Shown piece by piece: positions 1-9,212 of a DNA stretch of 64,000 nt. The notes beneath the pieces are model-generated. The model was not told where the DNA came from and did no database searches. It saw only the letters and a program-made list of their open reading frames with translations. The stretch spans positions 64,001-128,000 of the forward strand of contig JBHLRZ010000002.1 of the NCBI GenBank assembly GCA_048882045.1. The letters are read 5' to 3'. This DNA comes from Candidatus Thorarchaeota archaeon (GTDB lineage: Archaea > Asgardarchaeota > Thorarchaeia > Thorarchaeales > Thorarchaeaceae). The position numbers and the translations under genes are program-made. Positions within the stretch are counted from its first letter, which is position 1; each line of letters begins with the position of its first letter.

Positions 1-113
1 TCCAATATATGATACATTATGGAGAATATCGTAGATTGTTGGTAGGTGGATACACTTCTTCAAGAAAAGATGAATGTTATATTGCAGCATTCTATGAATT
101 TTGTCAAGTGAAT

Positions 114-152
114 GTTCGCAATCTGCGAACGTTTATATATACCAGCGAACAC
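114..152. repeat. 39-bp repeat copy 1 / promoter-operator of the TA pair (GTTCGCA-ATC-TGCGAAC palindrome, TTTATATA TATA box, extra GCGAAC half-site)
   Basis: 34/39 identical to 1653-1691; TATA-like 132-139 lies about 22 nt before ATG 161. Confidence 0.85.
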
Positions 153-160
153 TTTAAGAT

Positions 161-841
161 ATGCGTTTGGTAGACAATATTTTTTCCCCGACTGCATCGA
201 GAGTTATTAGATGTTTACTCGTAAATATCGGGAAAAATTGGACAATCCGAGAACTGGCAAAAGAAGCTAACACTTCTGTCGGGTATACACACGCGATTAT
301 AGCTACATTAGAGAGAATGGAATATGTAGTGAGAACTGAAGAACTCAAACTTGCTCTTATGAATCCCTTAACACTGATTAGAAGATGGGCTGCTCATCGT
401 GATTATAATTACGTCAATGATTTTCTTGATTATTATACATTTGACAATGAAATCGAAAGTGTCTTCCATACATTTGAGAGAAATCTCAAGAATGAGGATT
501 ATTCAGTCACTTCTCTTGCTGGTGCTTGGTTAGTTTCAGGTTATGTTAGACCTATCGATATTCACCTTTACATCAAGAATCGGAAAGACGCAGAGAGAAT
601 ATCTCAATTGCTGGACATCAAACCAACTGCTGGGAAAGGAAACATCAGAATGGTTATTCCAGATGATTCAGGAGTCTTCTATGGTTCTAGGATAATTCAA
701 GGAGTAAAGGTTGTGTCGAATATACAGCTTTTTGTTGATCTCCAAAGCTATCCTACAAGGGGTGAAGAGGCTGCACAGAATTTGTATAACTCTATAGAAA
801 AGAGATGGATTGAACATTCAACAGGTGAGCTACATGTATGA
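161..841 (+). CDS. AbiEi-like type IV antitoxin / winged-helix regulator
   Basis: N-terminal wHTH (TIRELAKEANTSVGYTHAIIATLE); C-terminal 'VVSNIQLFVDLQSYPTRGEEAA' typical of AbiEi_2-type proteins; paired with an NTase gene. Confidence 0.7.
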   Translation: MRLVDNIFSPTASRVIRCLLVNIGKNWTIRELAKEANTSVGYTHAIIATLERMEYVVRTEELKLALMNPLTLIRRWAAHRDYNYVNDFLDYYTFDNEIESVFHTFERNLKNEDYSVTSLAGAWLVSGYVRPIDIHLYIKNRKDAERISQLLDIKPTAGKGNIRMVIPDDSGVFYGSRIIQGVKVVSNIQLFVDLQSYPTRGEEAAQNLYNSIEKRWIEHSTGELHV

Positions 842-1652
842 TAGAGTTCTAACTGAAATCTCAAAAGGGTGTCTAGTTGAAATTCTACTTGAACTCGGTG
901 CATATCGACAAGACATTGTACTTGTAGGAGGATGGGCGCCTTATTTTCTAACCCAGAACTACTTCGACCATTGTGGTTCAATTGACATTGATTTCGTTCT
1001 AAATCCATCAATCATGATCAAATATCAAAGTATAGAAGGAATTATTCGAAATCTAGGTTATATTCAGACATCTAACATTTTTAGATGGAAACGAACTATA
1101 ACTAATTCTAATACTAAACGACAAACTACTATTCATCTAGATTTTCTCACTGAACCAGAAGCTGCCCACAAAACTATGGAGATGAAGCATCTAATAGAAG
1201 TTCAAAAAGATTTGAAGGCTTGCCTGATTAAAGGAGTAAGTATTGTATTGAGCTTCAACTATGAAGAAAATGTCGAAGCCACTATCCCGGATAATGGAAT
1301 AGCCAATGCTAAAGTCAGAGTTGCTGATAGCGTTGGTTCTCTAACAACAAAAGGACAAGCAATACTGGGTAGGAAAAAAGCAAAGGATTACTATGACATT
1401 TATGCCATAACAGGATTTCACAAAGGGGGCCCAGATAAAGCCGGAAAAGCTTTTGCACAATCGATTAACAACAAGGGATTCAATATTTCAAACCCATTAA
1501 TCTCATCCAGTATTTCAACAATTAGAAACTCTTTTTCTAGTATAAATAGAATTGGTCCCAATGAGGTTTCAAGATTCATTGGATCTGATACCAAAACCGA
1601 TGCTTATGAACGAGTTAATAGATTTCTTGAAATTGTGCATGGAGAGTTGTAA
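810..1652 (+). CDS. AbiEii-like nucleotidyltransferase toxin (start may be ATG 837)
   Basis: LVGGWA, SIDIDF (DxD) and KAKDYYDI motifs; overlaps the antitoxin stop; AT-rich. Confidence 0.7.
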   Translation: MNIQQVSYMYDRVLTEISKGCLVEILLELGAYRQDIVLVGGWAPYFLTQNYFDHCGSIDIDFVLNPSIMIKYQSIEGIIRNLGYIQTSNIFRWKRTITNSNTKRQTTIHLDFLTEPEAAHKTMEMKHLIEVQKDLKACLIKGVSIVLSFNYEENVEATIPDNGIANAKVRVADSVGSLTTKGQAILGRKKAKDYYDIYAITGFHKGGPDKAGKAFAQSINNKGFNISNPLISSSISTIRNSFSSINRIGPNEVSRFIGSDTKTDAYERVNRFLEIVHGEL

Positions 1653-1691
1653 GTTCGCTATCTGCGAACATATATGTATACAAGCGAACAC
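1653..1691. repeat. 39-bp repeat copy 2, beginning immediately after the toxin stop codon
   Basis: GTTCGCTATCTGCGAACATATATGTATACAAGCGAACAC, 5 mismatches to 114-152. Confidence 0.85.
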
Positions 1692-1773
1692 CTTCTTTTT
1701 CCAATGATTCTGCTTTGTAAATTGATTATCTTCAAAGTATGATTAATTTACAACTAGTGATTTCTTAGAATAA

Positions 1774-1882
1774 TGGTGGGCCGGGGGCGACTCGAACGCC
1801 CGATCTCTTGCATTCTGTGACTTGAGGCTTGACTTCCTCAGCCGCCCCAAGCAAGAATCATACCAAGCTAGACTACCGACCC
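1774..1882 (-). tRNA. tRNA-Pro(GGG) with a 32-nt intron at 37/38 (1813-1844); CCA encoded
   Basis: GGGTCGG/CCGGCCC acceptor stem, CTTGC-TTGGGG|T-GCAAG anticodon arm, GGGCG-TTCGAGT-CGCCC T arm. Confidence 0.93.
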
Positions 1883-2034
1883 GTGATTGTTTGCCGTAAC
1901 TCGAAGTGAAGATAAACATTACCACTCATCAAGATAAACGAATCTTAGAACATGTGTTCCAAAATCATGATTGCGAGGGAATCATTAGACTTCAGACTTA
2001 TCAGTATCTTTCTATTCATCATTCTAGATTGACC

Positions 2035-3084
2035 ATGACCGATTTGGTATATCATGAGAAATTTGTCCAACATGTGATGTCACCTGGACATCCAGAAAAC
2101 CCAGATCGGCTGAGTAGTGCAATGAACTCCTTCAAAAAAGCGAATTTGCTCGATAATCCAAAGGTAAATTTCCTCTCACCTCAGAAAGCTCCACTTGAGA
2201 AGATATACCCTGTCCATGAGGAAAGATATCTGGATGGGATTAAAGCCAAGTCGGAGAAAGGGGGTGGATTCTATACCATGGACACTTCTGTCAATCAGCA
2301 CACTTACGATGCTGCGTTGTTGGCAGCAGGTGGTGGAATCAACGCTGTTGACAGAATCATGCAGGGCGATTCTGAAAATGCGTTCTTGTTGTGCAGGCCT
2401 CCTGGCCATCATGCAGAATACAATCGAGCCTTTGGGTTCTGTTTCATCAACAATATTGCAGTAGCTGCTCAACATCTACTTAGTGAATACAACTTGCAAC
2501 GAATATTGATAGTCGATTATGATGCTCATCATGGTAATGGAACTCAGCATACATTCTACTCATCAGACAATGTGCTGTATGTTGGATTACACCAAGATGG
2601 TAGGACTCTATTCCCGGGCTCTGGATTTCCCAATGAAATTGGGGAAAATAGAGGAGTTGGGTATACTGTAAATCTCGCGATGTATCCAGGAGCAGGAGAT
2701 ACCTCATACAAGCTCTCGTTTGATCGTGTAATTGGTCCTCTTGTGAAATCGTACAAACCAGATTTCGTACTTGTGTCAGTTGGGTACGATGGCCACTTCA
2801 GAGACCCATTGACTTCTCTAGGTCTCACAACATCTGGCTTTGCTATGATGAACTCACGTTTGAACCAATTGGCCAAGTCCTACTCAGATGGTAGAATAGC
2901 TTGTTTCTTGGAGGGAGGATACAATCTGGATGTTATGGCCAAATGTCCACTCAATCTACTTCAGGAGTTAGCAGGATTGAAAGTGTCATCGTTCGATGAT
3001 ACCTATACTGAAAGCGAAACAAGTTTGAAGTATACAGAAGAACTCATTGAGGTAGTTGTTCAAAATTCTCCATTGCTAAAGTGA
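2035..3084 (+). CDS. Histone deacetylase family (class II-like / acetylpolyamine) deacetylase
   Basis: GHPENPDR, RPPGHHA, GFCFINN, DYDAHHGNGTQ, GYDGHFRDPL, LEGGY motifs; start moved to MTDLVYH. Confidence 0.92.
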   Translation: MTDLVYHEKFVQHVMSPGHPENPDRLSSAMNSFKKANLLDNPKVNFLSPQKAPLEKIYPVHEERYLDGIKAKSEKGGGFYTMDTSVNQHTYDAALLAAGGGINAVDRIMQGDSENAFLLCRPPGHHAEYNRAFGFCFINNIAVAAQHLLSEYNLQRILIVDYDAHHGNGTQHTFYSSDNVLYVGLHQDGRTLFPGSGFPNEIGENRGVGYTVNLAMYPGAGDTSYKLSFDRVIGPLVKSYKPDFVLVSVGYDGHFRDPLTSLGLTTSGFAMMNSRLNQLAKSYSDGRIACFLEGGYNLDVMAKCPLNLLQELAGLKVSSFDDTYTESETSLKYTEELIEVVVQNSPLLK

Positions 3085-3086
3085 AA

Positions 3087-5339
3087 CTAACTATCAAAAT
3101 CCTCTAGTAATGTCTGAATGGAATTACCTTCGTCGTCATCTATCAGAAGTTCGTCCACTATCACAGTTCCTGGCTTTACGTCAACACCCAACTGTTTCTT
3201 AATTGATTCTGCAATTGATGAACCGATAGTTGGAATCCTTGCCAGTTTTTCAATAGGAACATTGTAGAGGTCAGATAATGATGTTAGATCATGATTGTGA
3301 AGCATTCGACCTCGAACACGACCTATGCCTTTCAGATTCACAAGTTCAAGTATCTCTGGTTTTACTCCATAGCGGAGTCTTGATCGTAACTCATGAAGTG
3401 GAGGGATGTGGTCTGGGGCATCAACAATTCGAGCGATTTCTGATGCGGCATATGCCAACCATTCCGCTGATTGGACAAATCTGTGAACATCCCCCATTCC
3501 GACATTGTATTGCTCTGTTATGTTCTTGTCAGTCACTTCAGAGATCCAATCTTGAAGCAGCTTTGCTGTCTTTAATTCTGCCAGAAAGTCTGCATATCTT
3601 CGAACCCCCTCTTCCTCGATAGGAGGTTCTATCATGAGCTCTTCTGAAAAATCATAGAGCAGACTATCGTATTCTTCAGCCTCAGACTGAGTGACGTATG
3701 AAACCGGTTGATCGGGCGTATGACAGATAAGATGTAGCAGTCCAATTGTACTGTGTCTTTTCGTTTCTGTGAGAACATCTCGGAGAAGCATAGCAGTGTA
3801 GGGATTAATATAGAGTCGTGATGCTCTTTTCCCTAAGGGTGTAGCTTTAAGCTTGTTTGACGATGATTCAATGAGTCCTCCGGTTTCAAGGAATCCCAGA
3901 GCATCAGAGATGAGGGAATCAATTTCCATTTGCCCATTTTTATGAAAGAAGAAAGTACCCGAGATTAATGAGTCGATTTCTTTTCGGTTCAAGGTCATCT
4001 CAGTAGCTATGGAAGCCAAAAGGTGAAACCGAACAGCTTGAGGAGATGCAAGTTTCGAGTTAATCTCTTCTGGTTCTGAAAGAGTATAATTATCAATCAA
4101 AAAATCATGTTCAGGTTCAGTCCTTGCGAATAACACAGCCTCTCCATAATCATCATACTTGGGACGACCGGCACGACCAGCCATCTGTTTGTATTCTAAG
4201 ACCGGGATGGGATAGCTTCCTCGATCCTGTTCGAATCGACGATAATCACGAATGATTACACGCCTTGCAGGTAAATTGACACCTGCAGCAAGTGTTGGTG
4301 TGGCAACAATTACCTTCAGTAAGTTGTCTTTGAAGTAATCCTCGACAAGTGTTCGTTCCTTGTTATCAAGTCCTGCATGATGGAATGCTACACCATTTGA
4401 TATGAGCCGAGCAAGGGTTTTGGAGGCTTCTGGTGCTGAAGGAGTCGAAGCAATCTTCTTGGCACCATTTGCCAAGAGGTGCATTGCTTCCTCTGGTATA
4501 TAACGGCGTAGTGACGATGAAAGTTTCTTTGCTACAGTAACAGTAGAACGACGACTTGATACGAACACAAGGACCTGTCCATCTTCTTCTAGAGTGTCAC
4601 AGACTATGTCAGCTAGTTCTTCTCTTCTCTCTCTGGGTATAATCCTTGAACTGCTTCTTCCATCCTGATAGAAGCTAATCTTGCCATCAAGATAGACTCC
4701 CTCATTGAGGGGTACTGGCCTCCATGTACTTTTTACTAGCTCAGCATTGAGCCATTCAGCAATCTGGTCAGCATTAGAAATCGTGGCACTCAACGCAATA
4801 ACTTGGATGTTCTCAACAATCTGCATGAGCTTGGCTAAGACCATCTCTAGAGTTGGACCCCGATGAGAATCATTGATGAGATGAACTTCATCTGCAACAA
4901 CTATCCCAATATCTTCAATCCACTCTGTTTTGTTACGGACCAGAGAGTCTGCACGTTCTGTCGTTACTACAACTATATCAGCATCTTTCAAAGTCCTTCC
5001 AGGGGAATCATAATCTCCGACAGACATAGCAGTGGTAATCCCTAACTCTTCGTATTTCTTGAAATCAGCATACTTCTCGCGTGCAAGTGATCTCAGAGGA
5101 ACAAGATATAGTGCTTTTCCACGCCCATCAAGAATTGACTTCAACATACAAATCTCGGCGACTAAGGTTTTTCCAGAGCTCGTAGGAATTGCTAGGACTA
5201 GATTCTTTTCTTTGAGAACCCCTGTTTCAAACGCCTTCTGTTGCGGTTCAAAGAGCTCTGAAACACCATGCTTCTGAAGATGTGAGATTATCTTCTTGTT
5301 GATTTCCAGCTCTTCCAACCGAATAGTTTTCATCTCCAC
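3087..5339 (-). CDS. hel308: Hel308/Hjm Ski2-like DNA helicase
   Basis: PTSSGKT, DEVH, ATPTLAAGVNLPA, QMAGRAGRP, C-terminal HhH. Confidence 0.95.
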   Translation of the reverse strand: MEMKTIRLEELEINKKIISHLQKHGVSELFEPQQKAFETGVLKEKNLVLAIPTSSGKTLVAEICMLKSILDGRGKALYLVPLRSLAREKYADFKKYEELGITTAMSVGDYDSPGRTLKDADIVVVTTERADSLVRNKTEWIEDIGIVVADEVHLINDSHRGPTLEMVLAKLMQIVENIQVIALSATISNADQIAEWLNAELVKSTWRPVPLNEGVYLDGKISFYQDGRSSSRIIPRERREELADIVCDTLEEDGQVLVFVSSRRSTVTVAKKLSSSLRRYIPEEAMHLLANGAKKIASTPSAPEASKTLARLISNGVAFHHAGLDNKERTLVEDYFKDNLLKVIVATPTLAAGVNLPARRVIIRDYRRFEQDRGSYPIPVLEYKQMAGRAGRPKYDDYGEAVLFARTEPEHDFLIDNYTLSEPEEINSKLASPQAVRFHLLASIATEMTLNRKEIDSLISGTFFFHKNGQMEIDSLISDALGFLETGGLIESSSNKLKATPLGKRASRLYINPYTAMLLRDVLTETKRHSTIGLLHLICHTPDQPVSYVTQSEAEEYDSLLYDFSEELMIEPPIEEEGVRRYADFLAELKTAKLLQDWISEVTDKNITEQYNVGMGDVHRFVQSAEWLAYAASEIARIVDAPDHIPPLHELRSRLRYGVKPEILELVNLKGIGRVRGRMLHNHDLTSLSDLYNVPIEKLARIPTIGSSIAESIKKQLGVDVKPGTVIVDELLIDDDEGNSIQTLLEDFDS

Positions 5340-5360
5340 TGAGATTGTTGTAGGGTCTTT

Positions 5361-7445
5361 CTAGCTTTGAGAATGTCTAATCTTGCCCTCTCTTGGACTG
5401 TAGAGTATCCCGTCTTCACGTAATTTCTCGATGACCTTTTCAGCTCTTTCAGGAGATAGACCCATCGATACACATCTCTGAATTAGAGCATCGATGTTTA
5501 CTGTGGATGTACCCTCAGCCTCCATGTCACGAAGTGCCTTAATGATGATGTCAGATGAGCTTCTCTGTTCAGCACTCATTCTGGAAACCTGACGATCGAT
5601 GTCGATTCTGCCTGTTATTCTATCCAAGGCCACCATTCGTAGAGATTCTTCCATTAGGCGGACTGCAGCTCTGGCATCTTCCTTATTGACTTCGGATCTA
5701 AGTGCCATTCTTGCACGAGCTTCTGCTAGACGTACTAGAGATTCGAGCTGTCGAGCAGTGATTGGTATTGCGCCTCCACCCTCCGCACTCTTCCTGAGGT
5801 CGACATAGAAGTTCTCAATGACTTCTGCAGCCTCAGCAGTGAGTTGTGGAAACACGTTAAGATTAGCATATCCGATATACTTCTTCAGAAAGTCTGGCGA
5901 TATTGGTGGCAACGCACCTTGATCTTGTATTTTCTTCATTTGGTGCATGTCTAAGATAAACTTGGCCAGCTCACGATCTTGGTCCACATTCACAGTATCG
6001 ACCATAATCCAAATCAGATCAAATCTTGAAAGAATTGTGAATGGTAATCTGATATTTTCTTGGAGAGTAAGTGAGTCCTCATAGCGACCCAGAGTTGGGT
6101 TAGCAGCAGCAAGGATTGATGTTCTTGCGTTGAGTGTAGCCACAATTCCTGCCTTTGCAATACTGACAGTATGTTGTTCCATTGCCTCATGTATTGCTGT
6201 ACGATCATTAGGGTCCATTTTGTCGAACTCATCGATACAAGCTATTCCCTGATCTGCTAGTACAAGGGCTCCAGCCTCAAGAGTCATTGCGCTGGAATCT
6301 GTGTCATGAACAACAGCTGCAGTTAGACCAGCGGCAGTCGTACCCTTTCCAGAGGTGTACAATCCTCGAGCAGCCAGTCCAGCAACAAACTTGAGTATCT
6401 GGCTCTTGCCTGTTCCGGGGTCTCCAATCATCAATATGTTAGATTTTCCTCTCAAACGAGTTCCATCTGAGAGAAGCTTTGGCACGCCTCCGAACAACAG
6501 GAGGGCAATTGACTCTTTGATATCATCATGTCCCTGAATGGAGGGTGCGATAGATGCATGGATCCGCTCATGAACTTGCTGATGTTGGGAAAGTTCTTCT
6601 ATGCGTTTGATGTCCTCCTCGGAAATCTGAAGTTGTTCATACTCCTTCTCAGAGATTTCAACACCGTTTGCTTCTATGAAAACGTTGAACGTCGCCAGCT
6701 TTCCACCTCTTCTAGAAAAATCTGGAGTTGTCTGGAGAATTCCTGTTACCTTGACCAAATCTCCAGGTCGAGAAATGTCAACGATATCGCCCTCCAAGAT
6801 TACATCCACTGAACGAGGCATCTGCCCCGGAGGAAGCTCTTCTGGCGATTCCTGAATTCTAACTTTCTGCCAGTCTTTAAACTGTGACTTTTGAGGTACA
6901 AGCCGCATTGGCGTTTTCTTCGTACAAACGGGACATAATGCAGGTTCTGTGTATTTGCCTTCATCCTGATCTTGAGGAATTTCAGATTGACAGATTCGAC
7001 ATACAAAAACAGCTTTCACAAGTAAAGGTTTGACCTCACTGGCACGCATCATGATTCCACTGATGTGAATCAATTTTCCAATATGCCGAGACCGTATCGT
7101 ACGGAGTGGGACATGTTCTGGGTATCCTATGAACCGAGTCTTGATGACACTAGTATCGATTAGACTATTGACATAGTCGGGATCTTCAATCCGCAGCACA
7201 GAAACCAATGCATTATTGACCATATCCAAGAATCTCTTTGGGTCTTCGGCAGCAATTGCCATGAACACATTATCGAAACTTGTAAGATCCTGAAAGTTTA
7301 CGGTTAATGAAACCTCATCATTGATAGACATCTGTTGAACTTTAGTCCAATAGGCGGAGTTTCCTTGTTCATCCTTAAAGGTCCTCAGAAACTCCTCGAA
7401 CCTTTCTTGTTCGTCATACCCAGACATCTTTCTTTGCCTCGACAT
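5361..7445 (-). CDS. mcm: MCM replicative helicase
   Basis: C4 zinc finger, GDPGTGKS, IDEFDKM, SRFD, ITARQLE; no intein. Confidence 0.98.
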   Translation of the reverse strand: MSRQRKMSGYDEQERFEEFLRTFKDEQGNSAYWTKVQQMSINDEVSLTVNFQDLTSFDNVFMAIAAEDPKRFLDMVNNALVSVLRIEDPDYVNSLIDTSVIKTRFIGYPEHVPLRTIRSRHIGKLIHISGIMMRASEVKPLLVKAVFVCRICQSEIPQDQDEGKYTEPALCPVCTKKTPMRLVPQKSQFKDWQKVRIQESPEELPPGQMPRSVDVILEGDIVDISRPGDLVKVTGILQTTPDFSRRGGKLATFNVFIEANGVEISEKEYEQLQISEEDIKRIEELSQHQQVHERIHASIAPSIQGHDDIKESIALLLFGGVPKLLSDGTRLRGKSNILMIGDPGTGKSQILKFVAGLAARGLYTSGKGTTAAGLTAAVVHDTDSSAMTLEAGALVLADQGIACIDEFDKMDPNDRTAIHEAMEQHTVSIAKAGIVATLNARTSILAAANPTLGRYEDSLTLQENIRLPFTILSRFDLIWIMVDTVNVDQDRELAKFILDMHQMKKIQDQGALPPISPDFLKKYIGYANLNVFPQLTAEAAEVIENFYVDLRKSAEGGGAIPITARQLESLVRLAEARARMALRSEVNKEDARAAVRLMEESLRMVALDRITGRIDIDRQVSRMSAEQRSSSDIIIKALRDMEAEGTSTVNIDALIQRCVSMGLSPERAEKVIEKLREDGILYSPREGKIRHSQS

Positions 7446-7511
7446 CCTTTATTTTGTGTTCAGTTTTTTGTTCCTTAGAGTTCATATTTAATGGACACTA
7501 TTACGCTCACC

Positions 7512-8081
7512 CTATTCCAAAATGTTTTGGCGCCATCCAGAAAGAAGTTCTATTAGCTCCTCACAGAGCCATCGCTCTTCATATGCCATTTGTTTTCGTT
7601 TTTCTTGATAAGCACCTGATTTAGCTACACGCAAGATTTTGGAAAGTCTGGTTTCCACCAGAAAAGGAACCATTCGCTGTAGTTTTTCAATCTCTTCGTA
7701 TTTACGTGGATCCATAGATGTTCTGTCACTCTGAAGACGAAGTAGCTTTCTTCCGAAGGCAGTATACAGGAAGGGTTGAAATGTTTGTAGTTTGTGAGGT
7801 TGTTTTTCTTCCTCTCGATAAAGGTTCTGAAGACGTCTTACAGAATCATAGGCATCTTCTGGAGCAATATCCACCACGTCATGGATTAATAGTTTTTCAA
7901 TCACCCAATTCGGAAGGTTTGCTCTGTCACCCTTTTTGAATGGGCCTAATTTTTGTCCACTCACGTCGAGACCTGGAAGGGATTTCTGAAAGATACATTC
8001 CCGGACTTCATTGAGGAACAACATATCAAACCGTTTCATCACATCATTTGCTTCACTACACAGCTTCATGAGTTCCCACAT
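7512..8081 (-). CDS. gins23: GINS subunit, Gins23 (Psf2/Psf3-like)
   Basis: N-terminal B-domain 'LGPFKKGDRANLPNWV', helical C-terminus 'RLSKIL...EERWL'; directly upstream of mcm. Confidence 0.75.
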   Translation of the reverse strand: MWELMKLCSEANDVMKRFDMLFLNEVRECIFQKSLPGLDVSGQKLGPFKKGDRANLPNWVIEKLLIHDVVDIAPEDAYDSVRRLQNLYREEEKQPHKLQTFQPFLYTAFGRKLLRLQSDRTSMDPRKYEEIEKLQRMVPFLVETRLSKILRVAKSGAYQEKRKQMAYEERWLCEELIELLSGWRQNILE

Positions 8082-8237
8082 CTCAGTCAGTATTATCAGA
8101 GATAAAGGCCTTGCTCTTTAATAACGAGCCAATAGTGATTATGTGTGAAAAGCTTTCAAAGCATATCTAAACTGTCAGAGAATCTTTTAAGGCGTCGTGG
8201 ATGTGTCGTGCCAGATTCTGACATAGCTTGACTGAAA

Positions 8238-9212
8238 ATGGAAGGAGTATCAATGGATCTTGATTTGTGGACTGAAAAATACCGACCACCAACTTTGAGT
8301 GGAATAATTGGTCAGGAATCGGTGATTGATAGCCTGAAGAAATTCGTTGAGAACAGAGCTGTGCCACACTGTCTATTCTCGGGACCTCCAGGAACTAGTA
8401 AGACCACCGCAGCAATGGCAATGGCAAGAGACCTCTTTGGTGATACATTTAATCGAAATTTCATGGAACTCAATGCAAGTGATGAAAGAGGAATTGATGT
8501 CGTTAGAAACCAGATCAAGAATTTTGCAAGAACAATGCCTTCTGGAGATGCTCCATTTAAGATATTAGTTCTCGATGAAGCTGATCACCTTACTGCAGAT
8601 GCCCAGCATGCTCTTCGACGAACGATGGAGTCGTTTGCAGTCTCATGTAGAATGGTGTTGATTTGTAACTATTCAAGTAGAATTATACCCCCAATCCAGT
8701 CCAGATGTGCAATCTTCCGTTTTTCAAGACTGAGTGATGAAGATATCTCTGGTCGACTCAAGTTTGTCGCCAAGAAAGAAAGCGTAGACCTCACAGCAGC
8801 AGGCAACAAGGCAATTCTGTATCTCGCAGAAGGTGATATGAGAGCAGCTTTGAACCTTCTGCAGGCTGCATCATCTACTGGAGAAAAAGTGACAGACGAA
8901 ATTGTATACTCCATCTCAGGAAGAGCGAATCCTGAAACAATTAAACAAATGTTAGTTGATGCGCAGGAAGGAAGGTATGTCGACTCCCTAGAGAGTCTTA
9001 GAAATCTAATCTACCAACAAGGAGTTTCTCCTGTTGATCTTGTAAAGCAGATGCATCGGGAAGTTGATAGTCTTGGTCTTGAATCTCACAAAAGAATGGA
9101 TATCTTAGAGCACACTGCAGAGATAGAGTTTCGTGTAGGAGAGGGTGCAAACGGAGAGATTCAGCTGGCATCGCTTCTAGCGCGAATAGGAACTGGTAGT
9201 GAGTCCGAATGA
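8238..9212 (+). CDS. rfcS: Replication factor C small subunit
   Basis: WTEKYRP, ELNASDERGIDVVR, LDEAD, IQSRC. Confidence 0.97.
   Translation: MEGVSMDLDLWTEKYRPPTLSGIIGQESVIDSLKKFVENRAVPHCLFSGPPGTSKTTAAMAMARDLFGDTFNRNFMELNASDERGIDVVRNQIKNFARTMPSGDAPFKILVLDEADHLTADAQHALRRTMESFAVSCRMVLICNYSSRIIPPIQSRCAIFRFSRLSDEDISGRLKFVAKKESVDLTAAGNKAILYLAEGDMRAALNLLQAASSTGEKVTDEIVYSISGRANPETIKQMLVDAQEGRYVDSLESLRNLIYQQGVSPVDLVKQMHREVDSLGLESHKRMDILEHTAEIEFRVGEGANGEIQLASLLARIGTGSESE

Noticed and set aside
1743-1925. 60-aa ORF, and ORFs 30334-30522, 43138-43440, 45980-46174, 50352-50567
   Set aside because: They overlap tRNA, 5S or candidate RNA genes
1906-2034. N-terminal extensions in the ORF track (HDAC, also rps3ae 28482-28631, fau-1, kae1, pyrD)
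   Set aside because: Family similarity and SD positions indicate later starts
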